A stretch of 64,000 bases of DNA from the NCBI GenBank assembly GCA_951406725.2, contig OX597815.1, forward strand, positions 174,220,001-174,284,000, given 5' to 3'. Origin of the DNA: Octopus vulgaris. Lineage: Eukaryota. The first letter of the stretch is position 1; each line of letters begins with the position of its first letter. Positions 11,826 to 25,692 of the stretch are shown here, one piece after another. A model generated the notes under the pieces. The model did not search any database. It was not told where the DNA came from and worked only from the letters and a program-made list of their open reading frames with translations. A program made the position numbers and the translations under genes.

Positions 11826-13017
11826 AGATACTCCCATGGAATGTGACCAAATGAGGTTTATTTTTCAACATAGTCCTCCTGGAAGTTCACACATTTCTTC
11901 TGTCAGTGTTGCTGTGCTTGGATCCCATTGGGGAAGAAGCTTTCATCCTGTTGGTCAAAAAAAATTATCAACAGTAGATATGAAATCATCACTACAATAC
12001 TGATTCCCAGCCAAGTGTTTTTTTCATGTTGGGCAGCAGATGAAAGTCAGATGGGGCCAAATCGGAACAATAGGGAGGGTGATCAATCAGTTCAAAGCCA
12101 CAGTCATGTACAGCAGGCATTGAAACCAAGGATTTGTGTGCTGGAGCATTGTCATGATGAAATAAGGCCCTTTTCATCAGTTTTCCTGGGCATTTGATCT
12201 TGATAACCTTTCATAACTGCCTTGGCAAGCTAGCATAGTACTCTCCATTGATCGTGTAGCCCTTTTGAACATAGTCAATTGATACAGTGCCTTTTGCATG
12301 CCAAAAAACTAAGACCATCTTGGTCTTCTTTGAAGTAAATGGGCAGGGTTGTTTCCATTGCCTGGGTTGTCTCTGGTTCAAAGGGATGAAGCTAGTTCTC
12401 ATCCTGGGTTAGGAAACATCTAAAGAAACTAGCTGGATCTGCTTCAAACAATATCAAATTTTTCCCATGATGTGATCAGCCTGGAGTGCTTTTAATCAGG
12501 TGTTAAAGATGTGGCACCCACCAAGCAGAAACCTTTATGCTAAGATCATTGCACAGAATATTCTCAACTCTCTCATGGGATATGCTAATAGCATTGGTTA
12601 TTTGATTTATAGGCAATTGCTTGTCACCCATCAGCATGCAGTAAACACAATTGATGTTTTCCTTAGTTGCAAGACTCGCCAATCCCTTTCCCCTAAATTC
12701 AGTTGCCCATTTTACACTGTTTATAAAGCTGGAGCATCATCTCCTATTGTAGCAGTCATGTCAGCATGAATGTCCTTGGAGGTTAAACCCTTTTTCTGCA
12801 AGTGCTTGATAACACTATAATGTCAAATTTTGTCCATTTTCAAGAGAAGTCACTGCAAGTTACTTTTTAAGTCTTCTATGAACAGTGAGGTGTCAGTTTA
12901 CCTGAAAAAAAACAATGAAGTTATTAATAAGAAAGATTGAAATTAATGCATGCAAGATTTCACAGCTATAGCATCACTCTTTCATAGTCAGCTTAGGAAC
13001 TTTTCAGTCCACCCTCG
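11826..13017 (-). mobile_element. Mariner transposon relic
   Basis: Peptides HHDNAPAH, HPPYCSDLAPSDFHL and TINGEYYA. One terminus TA|CGAGGGTGGACTGAAAAGT is intact and the other is lost. Frameshifted. Confidence 0.9.
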
Positions 13018-14125
13018 TATTTGTTCTGACTCTTTATTTTCAGGGTTCGAATCCCACTGTAGTGAACTCTGTCTTATATTCTCCCTCCTCCCAGATCAAG
13101 GACGGGGAAAATTGCATGTCAAATGACTTCATCACTCAGCAAGCATCTTAGACAAGTTCAATTTGACATTAGCAAATATTGTAAACTATTTATTTCATTG
13201 CTGTATTGATTTTGTTAACACATCATCCCAATTTCTGACAGTAGCATAGTGACAGGGCCAGAAATGTGCAAGGAGGAGGTTAGTCAATTATATTGACCCT
13301 AAACTTGATAGATTCTTTATTTGATCAAACCTAGGCAAAAGTGATCTTCAGTGGAATTTGAACATAGAACATAAAAATGTAGAATAAATGTCACAAGACA
13401 TTTTGACAGGGGTGGGGGTGATTAAATCCTTTCCCCTCAAAAATTGCTGGCCTTGCACTTAAATTAGAAATGGTTGTGGTGTTGTTGTAACTGTTATTAT
13501 TAAAAGTTATATGGCAAGTTGGCAGAATTGTTAGCATGCTGGACAAAATGCTTGATTTTGTCTGTCTTTACTTTCTGAGTTCAAATTCTGCTGAGGCTAA
13601 CTTTACCTTTTATCCTTTCGGGATCAATGAAATAAGCACCAGTTGTGCTCTAGGGTTGATGTAATTGACTTGTCCCTTCCCCCTGAATTTCTGGCCTTGT
13701 GCCTTTAATAGAAAGAATTATTGTTATTAAAAGGTGGTGGATTAGCAAAATTGGTAAAACGTCAGACAAAATGCCATCTTGGGTTTGTTCTTGCTATTTA
13801 CACACTTAAGATCAAATGCCCCCAAGGTCAGTTTTGCCTTTCATTCTACCAGGATTGATTAAATAAAGTACCAGTCGAGTACTGGACTAGATTTAATTGA
13901 ATAACACCTACCTAAAATTCAATGTTAGAAATTTGTCCAAGATACACACAGAGCAATAGAGGCTTTCTGTATGCACATGTTCAGTGTCTGAACACAACTG
14001 GCTTGTGGAGTTACGTCAAACAGCTGTTGTCACATGATGGACAAATCCAGCTGTCAGCCAAAGTCAGTGTGAAAATGACCCTGCTGTTCTCCTTTAATAG
14101 GACAGCAGGCAATTTTCCTCTTTAA

Positions 14126-14347
14126 CCCTTTCATTACCATATTTATTTTGAGATGCTTTGTGTTTCTTTCAATTAATTTTAAATATAACAAAGGATTTAA
14201 TAAAATAGCTTAGTTATCATTAAGCTAGTGTTTGGGACATAAATTGTGACTAAGGTTTGGTGGAAGATTTTAATTCAGAATTTTTGAAAATAAGACATTT
14301 GTACAACAGAGGCAGAGGTGGTTTCAGGCGGGTTAGTATCAAAAGGG
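14126..14347. mobile_element. TTAA-flanked (piggyBac-like) MITE, family 1
   Basis: TTAA|CCCTTT...AAAGGG|TTAA; second copy at 57923-58142. Confidence 0.8.
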
Positions 14348-16059
14348 TTAAGATGACTATAGTGAAAGAAGTTGTGTGATGGGCAAGGCTGAAAGAAGTG
14401 GAACATGCACTTTCTTTGGTCAAGCCCTTATTGACATTTCCAATTTTCCCTTCGAAAGGAAGATGAGGATGGAGAGAGAAGTGTTCTCCTACAGTGAAGG
14501 TGAGTGGCTGTGGCAAAGATGGCTTGAATGAATGAATCTAAGAAAATATCAATTAGTTAGAAAACATTTTGGAGAAGGTACTAACCATTAATGGTCAGGG
14601 TGAGTTTAGATCTATTTTGTGTAACTTCATGATGGGCTCTAGTTGGAGGTCCTCCCATATCATGTACTCATGTATTTGTATACTGTGTATTTGTATACTG
14701 TGTATACATCTCATTCTTATTTTTTTCCTTCTATCTCATCCAGTTTTATGTAAATCCCTCACTATATGTCTTTGTAACATTCCCTTTTCCTGATGCCCAC
14801 CTCCTTCTCCAACTTTTAGCCTTTGTACCTGTGTTAGAAACAAGTATTTATATTATTGGAATGGCAGATTGGCAGAAATGTTAGTGCATTTAGTCAAAAT
14901 GTCTTGTGACATTTATTCTACATTTTCATGTTCTATGTTCAAATTCCTCTGAAGATCACTTTTGCCTAGGTTTGATCATATAAAGAATCTATCAAGTTTA
15001 GGGTCAATATAATTGACTAACTTCCTTCTTGCACATTTCTGGCCCTGTCACTATGCTACTGTCAGAAACTGGGGCGATGTGTTACTGTTCCAACACAGCA
15101 ATGAAATAAATAGTTTACGATATTTGCTTATGTCACTTTATGTAGTGTGAGTTTAAAATCTTACTGTAACTTAAAAACTGAGAGAATAGAACAGCTACCA
15201 GTAATTGAACTTGTCTAAAATGCTTGCTGAGTGATGAAGTCATTTGACATGCTCTTGTTCAGTATTTACATGTTGTGGATTTATATCAAACAGCTATTAG
15301 CACATGTGGGAAGGGTTTGGCTATCAGCTGGGTGTTTCATGAAGAATTAGACCACTGGAAGAGTGGGTAGTCTTCCTCTGTCTGGTGTTTATGGTGAAAG
15401 AAGTTGTGTGATGGGCATGGTTGAAAGGTTTGAAGACAGATGTTTTCTTCTCAGGCCAAACCCAAACCTTCAACTTCTTCAAGTACAACTTGGGGAAGAT
15501 AGTAAGAGTGGAGAGAATGATGTTACCCACTGTAATTTTCATGGAAATCTTATAAAGATGGGTGAAATGGTGAAATTAGCATAGCTAAATGGCTTTGTAG
15601 AGCCTTTAGCCATACCAATTTTATAATTTTCATTCACCTTTCATAAAGCCACTGTTGCTACAGGCATGCAGCAAGAAGAGGATTTTTGACTTTGGCTTGG
15701 CAAAGTAATCAAGTGATATGTATGGGCTGCCCTGAATCACCCTCTATGGTTTCCACATCTTCATTTTGTGGATCCTTTTCTTGTTTTTTGGTTTTCCTTT
15801 GTTCTGTATTGAACATGTTACTTATTTCGTTTTTGGATTTGATTTGCAAGATTCTTTATATGAGTTCGTGTGTTGAAGCATATTCTGTTGTGCCTGGGGA
15901 GAATCATTTTCTTTTTGTACCTTATAATGTAACACACTCACTGGTAAAATTTCCACTTATTTCTTATTTTTATTTTCCTAAAATTTTCGTTGCGTCCTGC
16001 AACCTTTTCAATAGTCTTGACTCTGTCTGTTATTTACACTGCGTTCCCTTTTGTTTGTT

Positions 16060-16250
16060 TGTGTGCATGTGTGTGTGTGCCTATATATGCATGTACGTAT
16101 GTATGTATGTGTCTATGTTTGCATGTGTATGTATGTATATATGTGTGTGTATGCATATGTATGTATGTGTGTGCATCTGCATGTATGTATCCTGCATATT
16201 TATGTGCTTGCATGTCCGTGTTTGTATATTTTCTGTATATGTGTGTGTTA
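16060..16250. repeat. Degenerate (TG/TATG)n microsatellite
   Basis: Directly visible. Confidence 0.9.
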
Positions 16251-18668
16251 CTTATTATTGTCTATTTATTCTATGCAAGCATGGAAAAGTGGAAATTAGA
16301 ATGATGACGATTATTATTAATGTCTCTATTGTGGTTGTTAGTTTTACTTTTTACATGATGTAAATCCCCAATGTTTCTTGTTTCTTATTTTCCTTTTCTA
16401 CTGTCACCAGCATCTTGGGTTTTTATGACTAATAAAAGAATTGTTGTTGTTGTGATGAGCAGTACCAAACGAAAATTGGATGTGCAAATGTGATTAGATG
16501 GAAAAGAAGTTTTATTAATTTTGTTTTGTCAACAAAGAACTTTAGTACATTTGAGTGTCCATCCCATTACCCTGGATTGGGAAAATAAGGTTATCCTTGG
16601 GCATGTTTTAAATATTTTTTTATGTTTGTAAACATTTTGTACTAGTATTTCATGAGAGCCGGCTCTGAGACAGCATGAATAGATTCCAACCACAAATATA
16701 GTAGCAGCAAATATACCTCCAAAAATTATGAAAGAAAAATAAATTAAAACAGATTCAAAAAGAGATAAGCAAAACTGCAATTGCACAGACCCATTTGTAA
16801 ACATAAACATTCACACTTTAACCAACACATGCAATAAAGTGTCTAACAGTATCTTTTCTGGATCTTTATGCTCTGAGTTCAAATCCTGCTAAAGTCAACT
16901 TTGTTTTTCATCCCTCCAGGGTCATTAAAATAAAGTGCCTGCCTAGTACTGAGGTCAATTTAATTGACTAACCTTTCCCAACAAACCTCTACCCACCCAC
17001 TTCTACTATTCTTCTGTCCCCACTCACTTCTACTCACCTTGTATCTTGAGCATCCACCTTGATATCTCATCATCACTATCTTATTTCTTTCCAGTTCCAT
17101 ACCAGTTACTTTTACCCACTCTTCTATATTGTGAGTAGCCATGTAGCTCCTCTACAGCAGGAAATCTGTTCTGCTTGGGCCCCCTTCTCTCATACTTTAA
17201 CCCTTTATCACTTAGTCTGAAGCCACCTCTTTCTCTGCTGCAATCCCACTCAGTAAAAGGGAACCTTTGTCTTACAAGCTGCACAGCAACCCTCACTAAT
17301 GCTGGTGCTATGAAAAAAGCACTCTGCACATACTGTAAATGGGTTGGCACCAGGAAGAGTATCCATCTGTAGAAAACATGCCAAAGCAGACACTGGAGAA
17401 TTATGCAGTCTTTTGATCTTGTCAAACCTTCCAACCCATGCCACCATGGAACATGGATGTTAAATGGTGATGATGATGTGCCTCTGTTAGAAATTATTAT
17501 GTTGCTATTATTAGTATTGTTGATGTTGTTTGGTTTGTTATAAGTTGATAAACAATGTTAAATATTTATGAAACCTCAGTAACTTTTCATATTTTGTTGC
17601 TGGATATCAATGGCTATTATTTAGCAAAGGTTATAGCAAAATTTTATGTCTGCTATTTCGTAAAGGACCATGTTGCTTGCTTTCTAATTTCACTTTCCAG
17701 CAAGAATATTTTACTCACCATATGTGTTGATAACAATTGATACCAAATTATCATCTGAGAAGCATATTTCACCACATTTTTACAAAGATTAGTGCTTATT
17801 TTCCCAGAACATAAGTAGTTTAGATGATTGATGGCTAGCAGCTAGTATATGAGAAAATCTCTTTTATCATTGCTTTGTCTTTGGTAAATGGAATCACTGT
17901 AATCCCACTGTGATGTAACTGTATGCAAGCTATAAAAGTAGCATGTTAAACTAAATGTTTTACTATATCTAGTTCAGTATTATACATTTTTTGGACTTTT
18001 TAGAGATGCAAAACAATTTTTACAATATTTACATCTACACATTTTGAGAGATTTGGTTTTCAGTTGTCTTCAGGTGTCATTGTAGCAAGCTGGATATGTA
18101 ATAGGAGACTCTGTTTTTAAACTAAGGATAGCAATGTACTTATCCACTTGGCTACTCGTGCATATATGTCGGCGTGGAAGCATAGTAGAATTCAATCTGA
18201 TAAAATGTAAACATCCAGGAATAAGATTCCTAAGAAAGATTAGTGATCAAATCAATCAAAAGAGTGCAGATGTATACATCAAAGAGATTTTTCATGTCTA
18301 AATATTGGGAAATAGTAATCTTAAATAAGGTGGTAAGCTGGCTCTTTCTATATATTTACATTCTGAACTCAAATTCCACTATGATTGACTTAACTTTTCA
18401 TTGTTTTGAGGTCAATAAAATAAGTAGGTCAAGTACTGGGGCTGATGTAATTGACTCCCCCGCCACCTCAGATTTGCTGGCCTTGTGCAAAAGTTAGAAT
18501 GAATTATTTAATGAGTTAAATCATGGTAGTAGATCGGAAGAATCATTTGGGCATTGGAGAAAATGCCTTCTAGTATTTGTTTCATATCTTTATGAGTTCA
18601 ATTGTTGCCAAGGTCAACTTTCCCTTTCATCTTTCCAGGATCAATAAAATAAAGTGATATATATATAG

Positions 18669-19050
18669 TGCAGGTGTAGCTGTGGGGTAAGAAGTTGTTT
18701 TTTTTCTTTTTTTGCTGCCACATAGTTCCAGGTTCAGTCCCATTACATGGCACTTGGGACAAGTGCCTTCTTTTATAGCCTTGGGCTAACCAAAGCCTTG
18801 TGAGTGGATGTGGTAGACAAACACTGAATGAAGCCAGTCGTTTATGTGTCTGTGTCTGTCCCCCACCACTACTTGATAACTAGTCTTGGTGTGTTTACAT
18901 TCCCATAATTTAGTTTGGCAAAAGAGATTGAGAGAATAAGTACCAGACATAAAAAGAAAAAATACTAGGGTCAATTCATTTGGCTAAAATTCTTCAAGGC
19001 AGTACCTCTGCATGCTGCAGTCTAATGACTGAAACAAGTAAAGGATAAAA
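18669..19050 (+). mobile_element. CORE-type SINE, family C (diverged)
   Basis: Similar along its length to 25296-25692. Confidence 0.75.
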
Positions 19051-19449
19051 GATAACACATCTTAAGTAGTATTATTGGTTTGTTTATTTTTTACTGTTAT
19101 GTATCCATTTTCCATGCTTACATAGTTGGGTTCTGTTATGCTAATTTTGATGAATACCCTTAGTGTTGCTATCCATCCAACTGTAAAGTAGGTGTAGTAC
19201 TGTTCCCCCCACCCCTGATCAGCCAAGTCAATAGAGACAAATACAGTTATGGTGTTCTTTGCTCAAGTTCACAACATATTATTGGATATTGTAAAATATT
19301 TGAACTATGATCATTAGAAAGTTGTCCTACATCAGAACTTCATTCCCACTATGCCTCCAGTGGCTGTTGTATCTTCTATGAATGTACTTAAGGGTGCAAA
19401 TAACAATAATGTGAAGTTGTAGTTATAGTAATAAGATATATCATTTATC

Positions 19450-19663
19450 GTTTAAACAGGCCCTATCTAGCCAAAATATTCGACCTGTTTTATGTTTAAA
19501 CTGACCAGATCTGGCCTCTCACATCTGTCCTACAATGTCATTCTAAAAATAAACAATCACATTACTCATATCTCAAAGTTACAAGATAATACTTAATTAA
19601 TTCAAAGTAATATGAATATATAAGCATTATATCTGACAGAGTATCTGAATACTAAAGTGTTAA
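19450..19663. mobile_element. TTAA-type MITE family 2 (diverged)
   Basis: Similar to 42759-42957, same orientation. Confidence 0.65.
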
Positions 19664-19839
19664 AGCAGAGTTTCTTTATGTGAGTTCCACAGAAAATGTC
19701 TGGGCTTCTTCAAGATTATGTGTTTTTTAATAAAAATTTATTTTATAAAACAAATGTTATGTTGTCATATGGTTTTTTTATATACAAATAAACTCTCTCT
19801 CTTAAAGCATTGTTTCATTTAATGTCATTTTAGAATTAG

Positions 19840-20759
19840 GATGAGCCTGTCACTCAGGATGAAAAGTAGACTGTATGATGCATGTGTGTGAACTGTCATG
19901 CAGTGAAACATGGGCCATGACTGCTGAGGACAAGCGTAGGCTTGAAAGAAATGAAGCTTGTATGATCTAGATGTGTAATGTCAGTGTGCATACATAACAG
20001 AGTGTAAGTGCCCTGAGAGAAATGTTGGACATGAGAAGCATCAGATGTGGTTTGCAAGAGAGACGACTGCGCTGGTATGGTCATGTGTTACAACATATGG
20101 ATGAGGACAGCTGTGTGAGGAAGTGCCACTCTCTAACTGTGGAAGAAACCTGTGGAAGAGGCAGACTCAGGAAGACATGGGATGAGATAGTGAAGCATGA
20201 CCTTTGAATGTTGGGCCTCACAGATGCAATGACAAGAGACCGAGACCTTTGGAGATATGCTGTGATTGAGAAGACCCAGCAACGGAAGTGAGATCGCAGC
20301 CATGACCGATGCCAGTGTTGCATGTCCAGCCTATTTAAGAGTACCCTTGATGCGTCAGGCAATATGATATGCTTGAGAAGACCTGTTGAGTCAAGTAAAA
20401 CCAAAATCACAGCTGTGGCCAGTGCTCCCTGACTGACTCCTGTTCCAGTGGCACATAAAATGCATCATCCAAATGTGGTTGATGCCAGTGTCCCCTGACT
20501 GGGTCTCATGCCAGTGGCACATAAAAAACACCATCCGAACGTGATTGATGCCAGGCTTGCTTGACTGGCTCCTGTGCCGGTGGCATGTAAAAAGCACCCA
20601 TTACACTCTTGGAGTTGTTGGCATTAGGAAGGGCATCCAACTGTAGAAACATTGCCAGATCAGATTGGAGCCTGGTGCAGCCACTGGCTCTCCAGACCTC
20701 AGTCAAACCGTCCAACCCATACCAGCATGGAAAACGGACATTAAACAATGATGATGATG
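19840..20759 (+). mobile_element. RTE-clade LINE 3' portion with long 3' UTR and (GAT)n tail
   Basis: RRLRWYGHV and GRGRLRKTW motifs in ORF 20022-20207. UTR has about 60-bp tandem units and GGCATTAGGAAGGGCATCCA. Confidence 0.88.
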
Positions 20760-21171
20760 GAGAGGCTGTCTGTAAAATATAGATATAGGGTCTACAATTT
20801 TGTGGAAATCATATAATGGACTCTGCTCCATAATAAGAAATGCTGACTGAAAATAAATCTAGAAGTCGAAATAATAATGACCCAGAAATCTAAAGACAAC
20901 TATGCAGAAGTAGTGCAGTGCTTCTTACATATGGCATTCTCTGGTTTTATAATTTGTTAACTGCTTTTTCTCTGTAGAAAACTAATTCACCCAGAATATG
21001 TAAGAAATTAGCAAACTATTAATTCTCTTTTTACATTGTAAGAAGCTCTTCAATCTATTTCCTATTGCTTTCTTATATCACAATGCTTGAAGTGAATTAC
21101 CTCACTGAGAAACCTTAGTTTATCTGCAAAATAAGGTCTACTTACATTGGCCACTAGCACTCTGTTGGTAA

Positions 21172-21478
21172 TGATGATGAGGATTCCAGTTGATCTAATA
21201 AATCGAACAGCCTGCCCATGAAATTAATATACAAGTGGCTGATCACTCCATGGACATGCATACCCTTAACGAAGTTGTCGGGGAGATTCAGTGTGATGTA
21301 GAATGTGACAAAGCTGGACCTTTGAATTACAAGTACAACTTGTTTTTGCCATGTAAGTGGACTGGAGCAATGTAAAATAAGATGTTTTGCTCAAGGACAC
21401 AACATATCTCTGAGAATCAAACCCATGACTTTACAATTGTGAGCTGAATATACCAACCACCAAGCCATACACTTTCAC
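21172..21478 (-). mobile_element. Family A-related SINE (diverged)
   Basis: Reverse complement of the TTGAGCAAAACA..TTGCTCCAGTCCAC core plus a tRNA-like head. Confidence 0.65.
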
Positions 21479-22516
21479 TACATTGGCAACTCTCTGTTTA
21501 TTGACAACATTTGACCGACATGCAATACATTGATAAGCAAGACCCTCCTTAAAGTGACAAAAATATCATGGTTGTGTTGAAACAATGAAAAGGGTTATTG
21601 TGAACTATGAACCTGATGAGTCCATTGTTCCAAATTTAAGAGGCTTAGCTTATAACATCTCATTTTAGAAATCCTTTCAAATTTTTATCAATGTTTTCAT
21701 ACTTCTTAAAATAAATATTTTGGGTAATAAGTATTTACTACTTATAACCTTTATTGAAACTATAATATTAGTGAATAATTTGCCACGGGTGAATATGATA
21801 ATTGGTTAATTGCTTGTAGGTGGATCATTGGCTAGTAAATGCCTTCAGCGAATTGCTGTCAGTGATTTTCTCCTGTAACCATTTATATAAAACATGATAT
21901 TAGATAAATCAGATTTTGTGTAAATAATAAGATTTATACATTTCTCTGAAATCAGATTAAATCCATTACTTTTTAATCTTCTCTCAATTTCTCTACTTAA
22001 CATATTGTTCAGTACATTGAGAAAAAGTTGCATGTTCTACTGCAAATCACTGAGATAGTAATTAATTTTAATTTCATTAAAGTTGTAAAAGAAAATGTGA
22101 CTTAAATTTCTTTTTTAAATCAGTCACTTTTAGGTTTCAGATTTTATTCCGTCATATCATTTGTTCATACTGTGCCAGTTCTTTATCAGTTTAGTTGTCA
22201 CTCTTGAACTCTATTCAATCTCTTGAATTAATAATTGCATTATCTTTGAACAATTGCATTCAATAGATATGAAGATTGTAAACAAGGTTTCAGATTAATA
22301 AAGGAGAACGTAGATCTTGCATACTATGTCAAGGACTCTTATGACATAAATATGATGTCTCTAACTTACAATCAAATTTGCGTCATTAACTTACCTCAAA
22401 GACTGAAACAAAGTCACAGAATTTTACCTTTTACAATTCATTTTTTTATTTTTTGCACTGATTTTACTATATTTTGTTACCATAAAATTTTTATGGACTA
22501 ATTCACTATGAACCAG

Positions 22517-24497
22517 GTGCAGGTGTAGCTGTGTGGTAAAAAGCTTGCTTCCCAACCACATGGTTCTGGGTTCAGTCCCACTGTGTGGCACCTTGGGCAA
22601 GTGTCTTCTACTAAAGCTTTGGGCCAACCAAAGCCTTGTGAGTACAATTGGTAGACAGAAATTGAAAGTCCATCATGTATATACACTGCATATCAAATTA
22701 TTAGGCAGCTCAGTTTTTTCGCAATAACAATTTATTTGTTCAAATCCAGATATTTTTCCACTGCATCATGATAATACCCATCTGCATGTACTGTACCAAA
22801 ATAAATCTGGTCCACCCATACATAAAGAAACAACAGCCATTTTTGTTAAAGGTATCATTTTTACCATCCTAAATTTTTAGGGAGATCTAATAAAAATGCT
22901 GATTATGCAAAAACAAACATTTATTTAATGCGACAATTAATTTTTAACAACAAACATAATCATAACGGACTTTATAATGAACATAATAATATGTTTGAAT
23001 GGAAATAATACAAGAAATATGATCTCATAAAGTTCTTAATGATGGATGTATGATCCTCCACATGAGAGAACGTCCCTGATGCATTTATCCATTGAATTTG
23101 TCAAGGTAACTATTCCATCTGGTGTAATACTGTCAGCAGCATCCACAATAGCTTCCCAGAGTGTATCATTCATTGAAAACTGCCGTCCATCTTGATATAT
23201 CTTCCTCTTCAGAACACTCCATAGATTTTCAATTGGGTTTAAGTCAAGTGAACATGCTGGCCACTTCATCAAACGGTATCCAGAGAAGCCTAATTGCTGT
23301 AGGTATTCCAGATATTTCTTAGCTGCATGGAAGGGCGCATTATATTGCATGAATACCAGCGTTCTCTTTAATGAAACTTTCTGCTTCTTCAACCATGGCT
23401 TAAAATTGTCCTCCAAAATGGCAACATAGGCATTAGATACCATCTTAATTCCATCTAGAACTTTCCAAGGACCAACTAACTTGTTTCAATGATGCCAGCC
23501 CAAATCATGACTCTGCTTCCCCTTTGTTGGCATCTAAAATAATGGGGACGATTTCCGCTAATTGCAACCCATCTTTTACTCCACCCATCTAGTCCATCTA
23601 AGGTAGTACAGCATTCGTCAGTAAAGAGGACTTTTGAAAAACCCATCTTCATGTAGTCTTCTGCCCATTTGACTCTATTTTGTTTATGAACAGCCTTCAG
23701 AGGGGTCCTTGTAACAGGTTTTATACTCTTGGCTACCTGCTTCAAGAGGCGACACCTGGTAGATTTCGAAATGTCTTCCCTACCACAACGTTTAAACACT
23801 TCTCAACTAGTCAGACCCATGTTCTTTGCAACTTCACTTGTTATACGTGACAGGTATGCCTGGAAACAACCCTCAATTTACCCTTATCAGCCCTTAAAAG
23901 GGCAACAGAAGACTCCACAAATTTCTTCACAATTCGATGATCTCTTCCCAGGATCTTTGATATTTCCAATGTTGTTTTTGTTTTTCCACATTCTGAGATG
24001 ATGGTGGACTTCTCATTTGATGTTAAATCACATTTTTGACCCATAATAACACTTTTATTGGGCACTTACCTAATAATTTAGGACAGTAAAATTGTTGCTG
24101 TTTCATAAAAATGATCACCTTTTGTTTACATCTGTGTGGATCCAATTTATTTTACTACAGTATGCGCAAGCAGATGTTGCAATCATCCCGTGAAAAAATA
24201 TCTGGATTTGAATGTATAAATACTCTGTTATTTCAAAAAAACAGAGCTGCCTAATAATTTAATATGCAGTGTATATATGTATATATATTTATGTGTGTGT
24301 GTCTTTGTATCTGTGCTTGTCCCTAACCATCACTTGACAACCAATGCTGGTGTGTTAATGTCCCCAAAACTTAGTGGTTCGGCAAAAGAGACCAATAGAA
24401 TAAGTACTAGGCTTACAAAGAATAAATCCTGTGGTCGATTTGTTTGACTAAAGTGGTGCTCCAGCATGACTACAGTCAAATGACTGAAATGTGTAAA
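22517..24497 (+). mobile_element. CORE-type SINE family C split by a Tc1 insertion
   Basis: 5' half 22517-22683 and 3' half 24272-24497 together match 25296-25692. Confidence 0.85.
22684..24271 (-). mobile_element. Full-length decayed Tc1-like transposon
   Basis: TA TSD, termini CACTGCATAT/ATATGCAGTG, long imperfect TIRs. Peptides KVLFTDE, VMIWAG, QYNAPFH and WPACSLDLNPIENLW lie in three broken frames. Confidence 0.93.
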
Positions 24498-24699
24498 AGT
24501 GTATGTTCATCAATATGTAATTGAAATATCATTAATTGCTAACACTTATGCCATTTTATTCTAAAAATCATATAACTAGACAGATTTATCAAAATTCTGA
24601 AACCTAACAGAAAACAATTAAATCAACAGAGACTCTCCTATGCAAACCCTCAAAAATTCTAGTAAACCTCACATTTGGTATCACCTACCCATGCATGCC

Positions 24700-25050
24700 T
24701 CTTTCAACTGAAAGCATAGATCTTGAGTTATCTGGAAGTTATCTGCCTTCTCCCGTTTTTTCTAACAAACATCTCCATAACTTTTACATACATATATGCA
24801 TAGCATAAACACAACCCTGTATGTAGATGACATTACATTTACTGCCTCCCACCTATCCTATACATAACAAATAAAGAGTCAGTGACTCTGACTCTTTATT
24901 GACCTACTAGAAACCTGGTTGGAAATTAATTCAAAGGCACCAGCACTATTCTTATCAGTGACATCAAAAACATGAATGCATTATATACACAAAAGTCAAA
25001 TATACTAGGAATAACCTACAGCACCACTCTAGTATTTATTATACACATTG
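24700..25050 (+). mobile_element. Highly decayed LINE RT remnant
   Basis: TATGTAGATGACATTACA (YVDDIT) near 24820 and ILGIT near 25002. Confidence 0.4.
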
Positions 25051-25295
25051 GACCAACAAAAGAAACTGTGATTGCTTAATCTGCTAGAAATAGAAACCAA
25101 ATCACATCCTGTTATCTTATAACAGTACACAATGTTGTCCTGTGTTTGGGATAAAGACAGATGGTCATGGATAGGGTGACTTCAAATATGGTCTGCTCAG
25201 TCAAGTGGACTTTGGAATGAACATCTACCACAACAACAACAACCACAGCACTCATAGAAGTCATGGTAAAAAAAGAAAAACAATGCACAAACATA

Positions 25296-25692
25296 TGCAG
25301 GAGTGGCTGTGTAGTAAATAGCTTGCTTACCAACCACATGGTTCCGGGTTCAGTCCCACTGCATGGCACCTTGGGCAAGTGTCTTCTACTATAGCCTCGG
25401 GCCAACCAAAGCCTTGTGAGTGGATTTGGTAGACGGAAACTGAAAGAAGCCCGTCGTATATATGTATATGTGCGTGTGTGTTTGTGTGTCTGTGTTTGTC
25501 CCCCTAGTATTGCTTGACAACTGATGCTGGTGTGTTTATGTCCCCGTCACTTAGCGGTCCGGCAAAAGAGACCGATAGAATAAGTACTGGGCTTACAAAG
25601 AATAAGTCCCGGGTCGAGTTGCTCGATTAAAGGTGGTGCTCCAGCATGGCCGCAGTCAAATGACTGAAACAAGTAAAAGAGAGAGTAAAGAG
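25296..25692 (+). mobile_element. CORE-type SINE, family C (well preserved)
   Basis: tRNA-like head, ACCTTGGGCAAGT CORE-like motif, internal TA/TG tract, multiple copies in the window. Confidence 0.88.

Noticed and set aside
15686-16363. 225-aa ORF
   Set aside because: Runs through TG/TATG repeats; no recognisable domain
20430-20600. Regularly spaced repeats resembling a CRISPR array
   Set aside because: Eukaryotic LINE 3' UTR tandem units; the spacers are related to each other and there are no cas genes
21613-21623. CTGATGAGTCC hammerhead-like 5' core
   Set aside because: No GGAC-GAAA partner or flanking helices downstream
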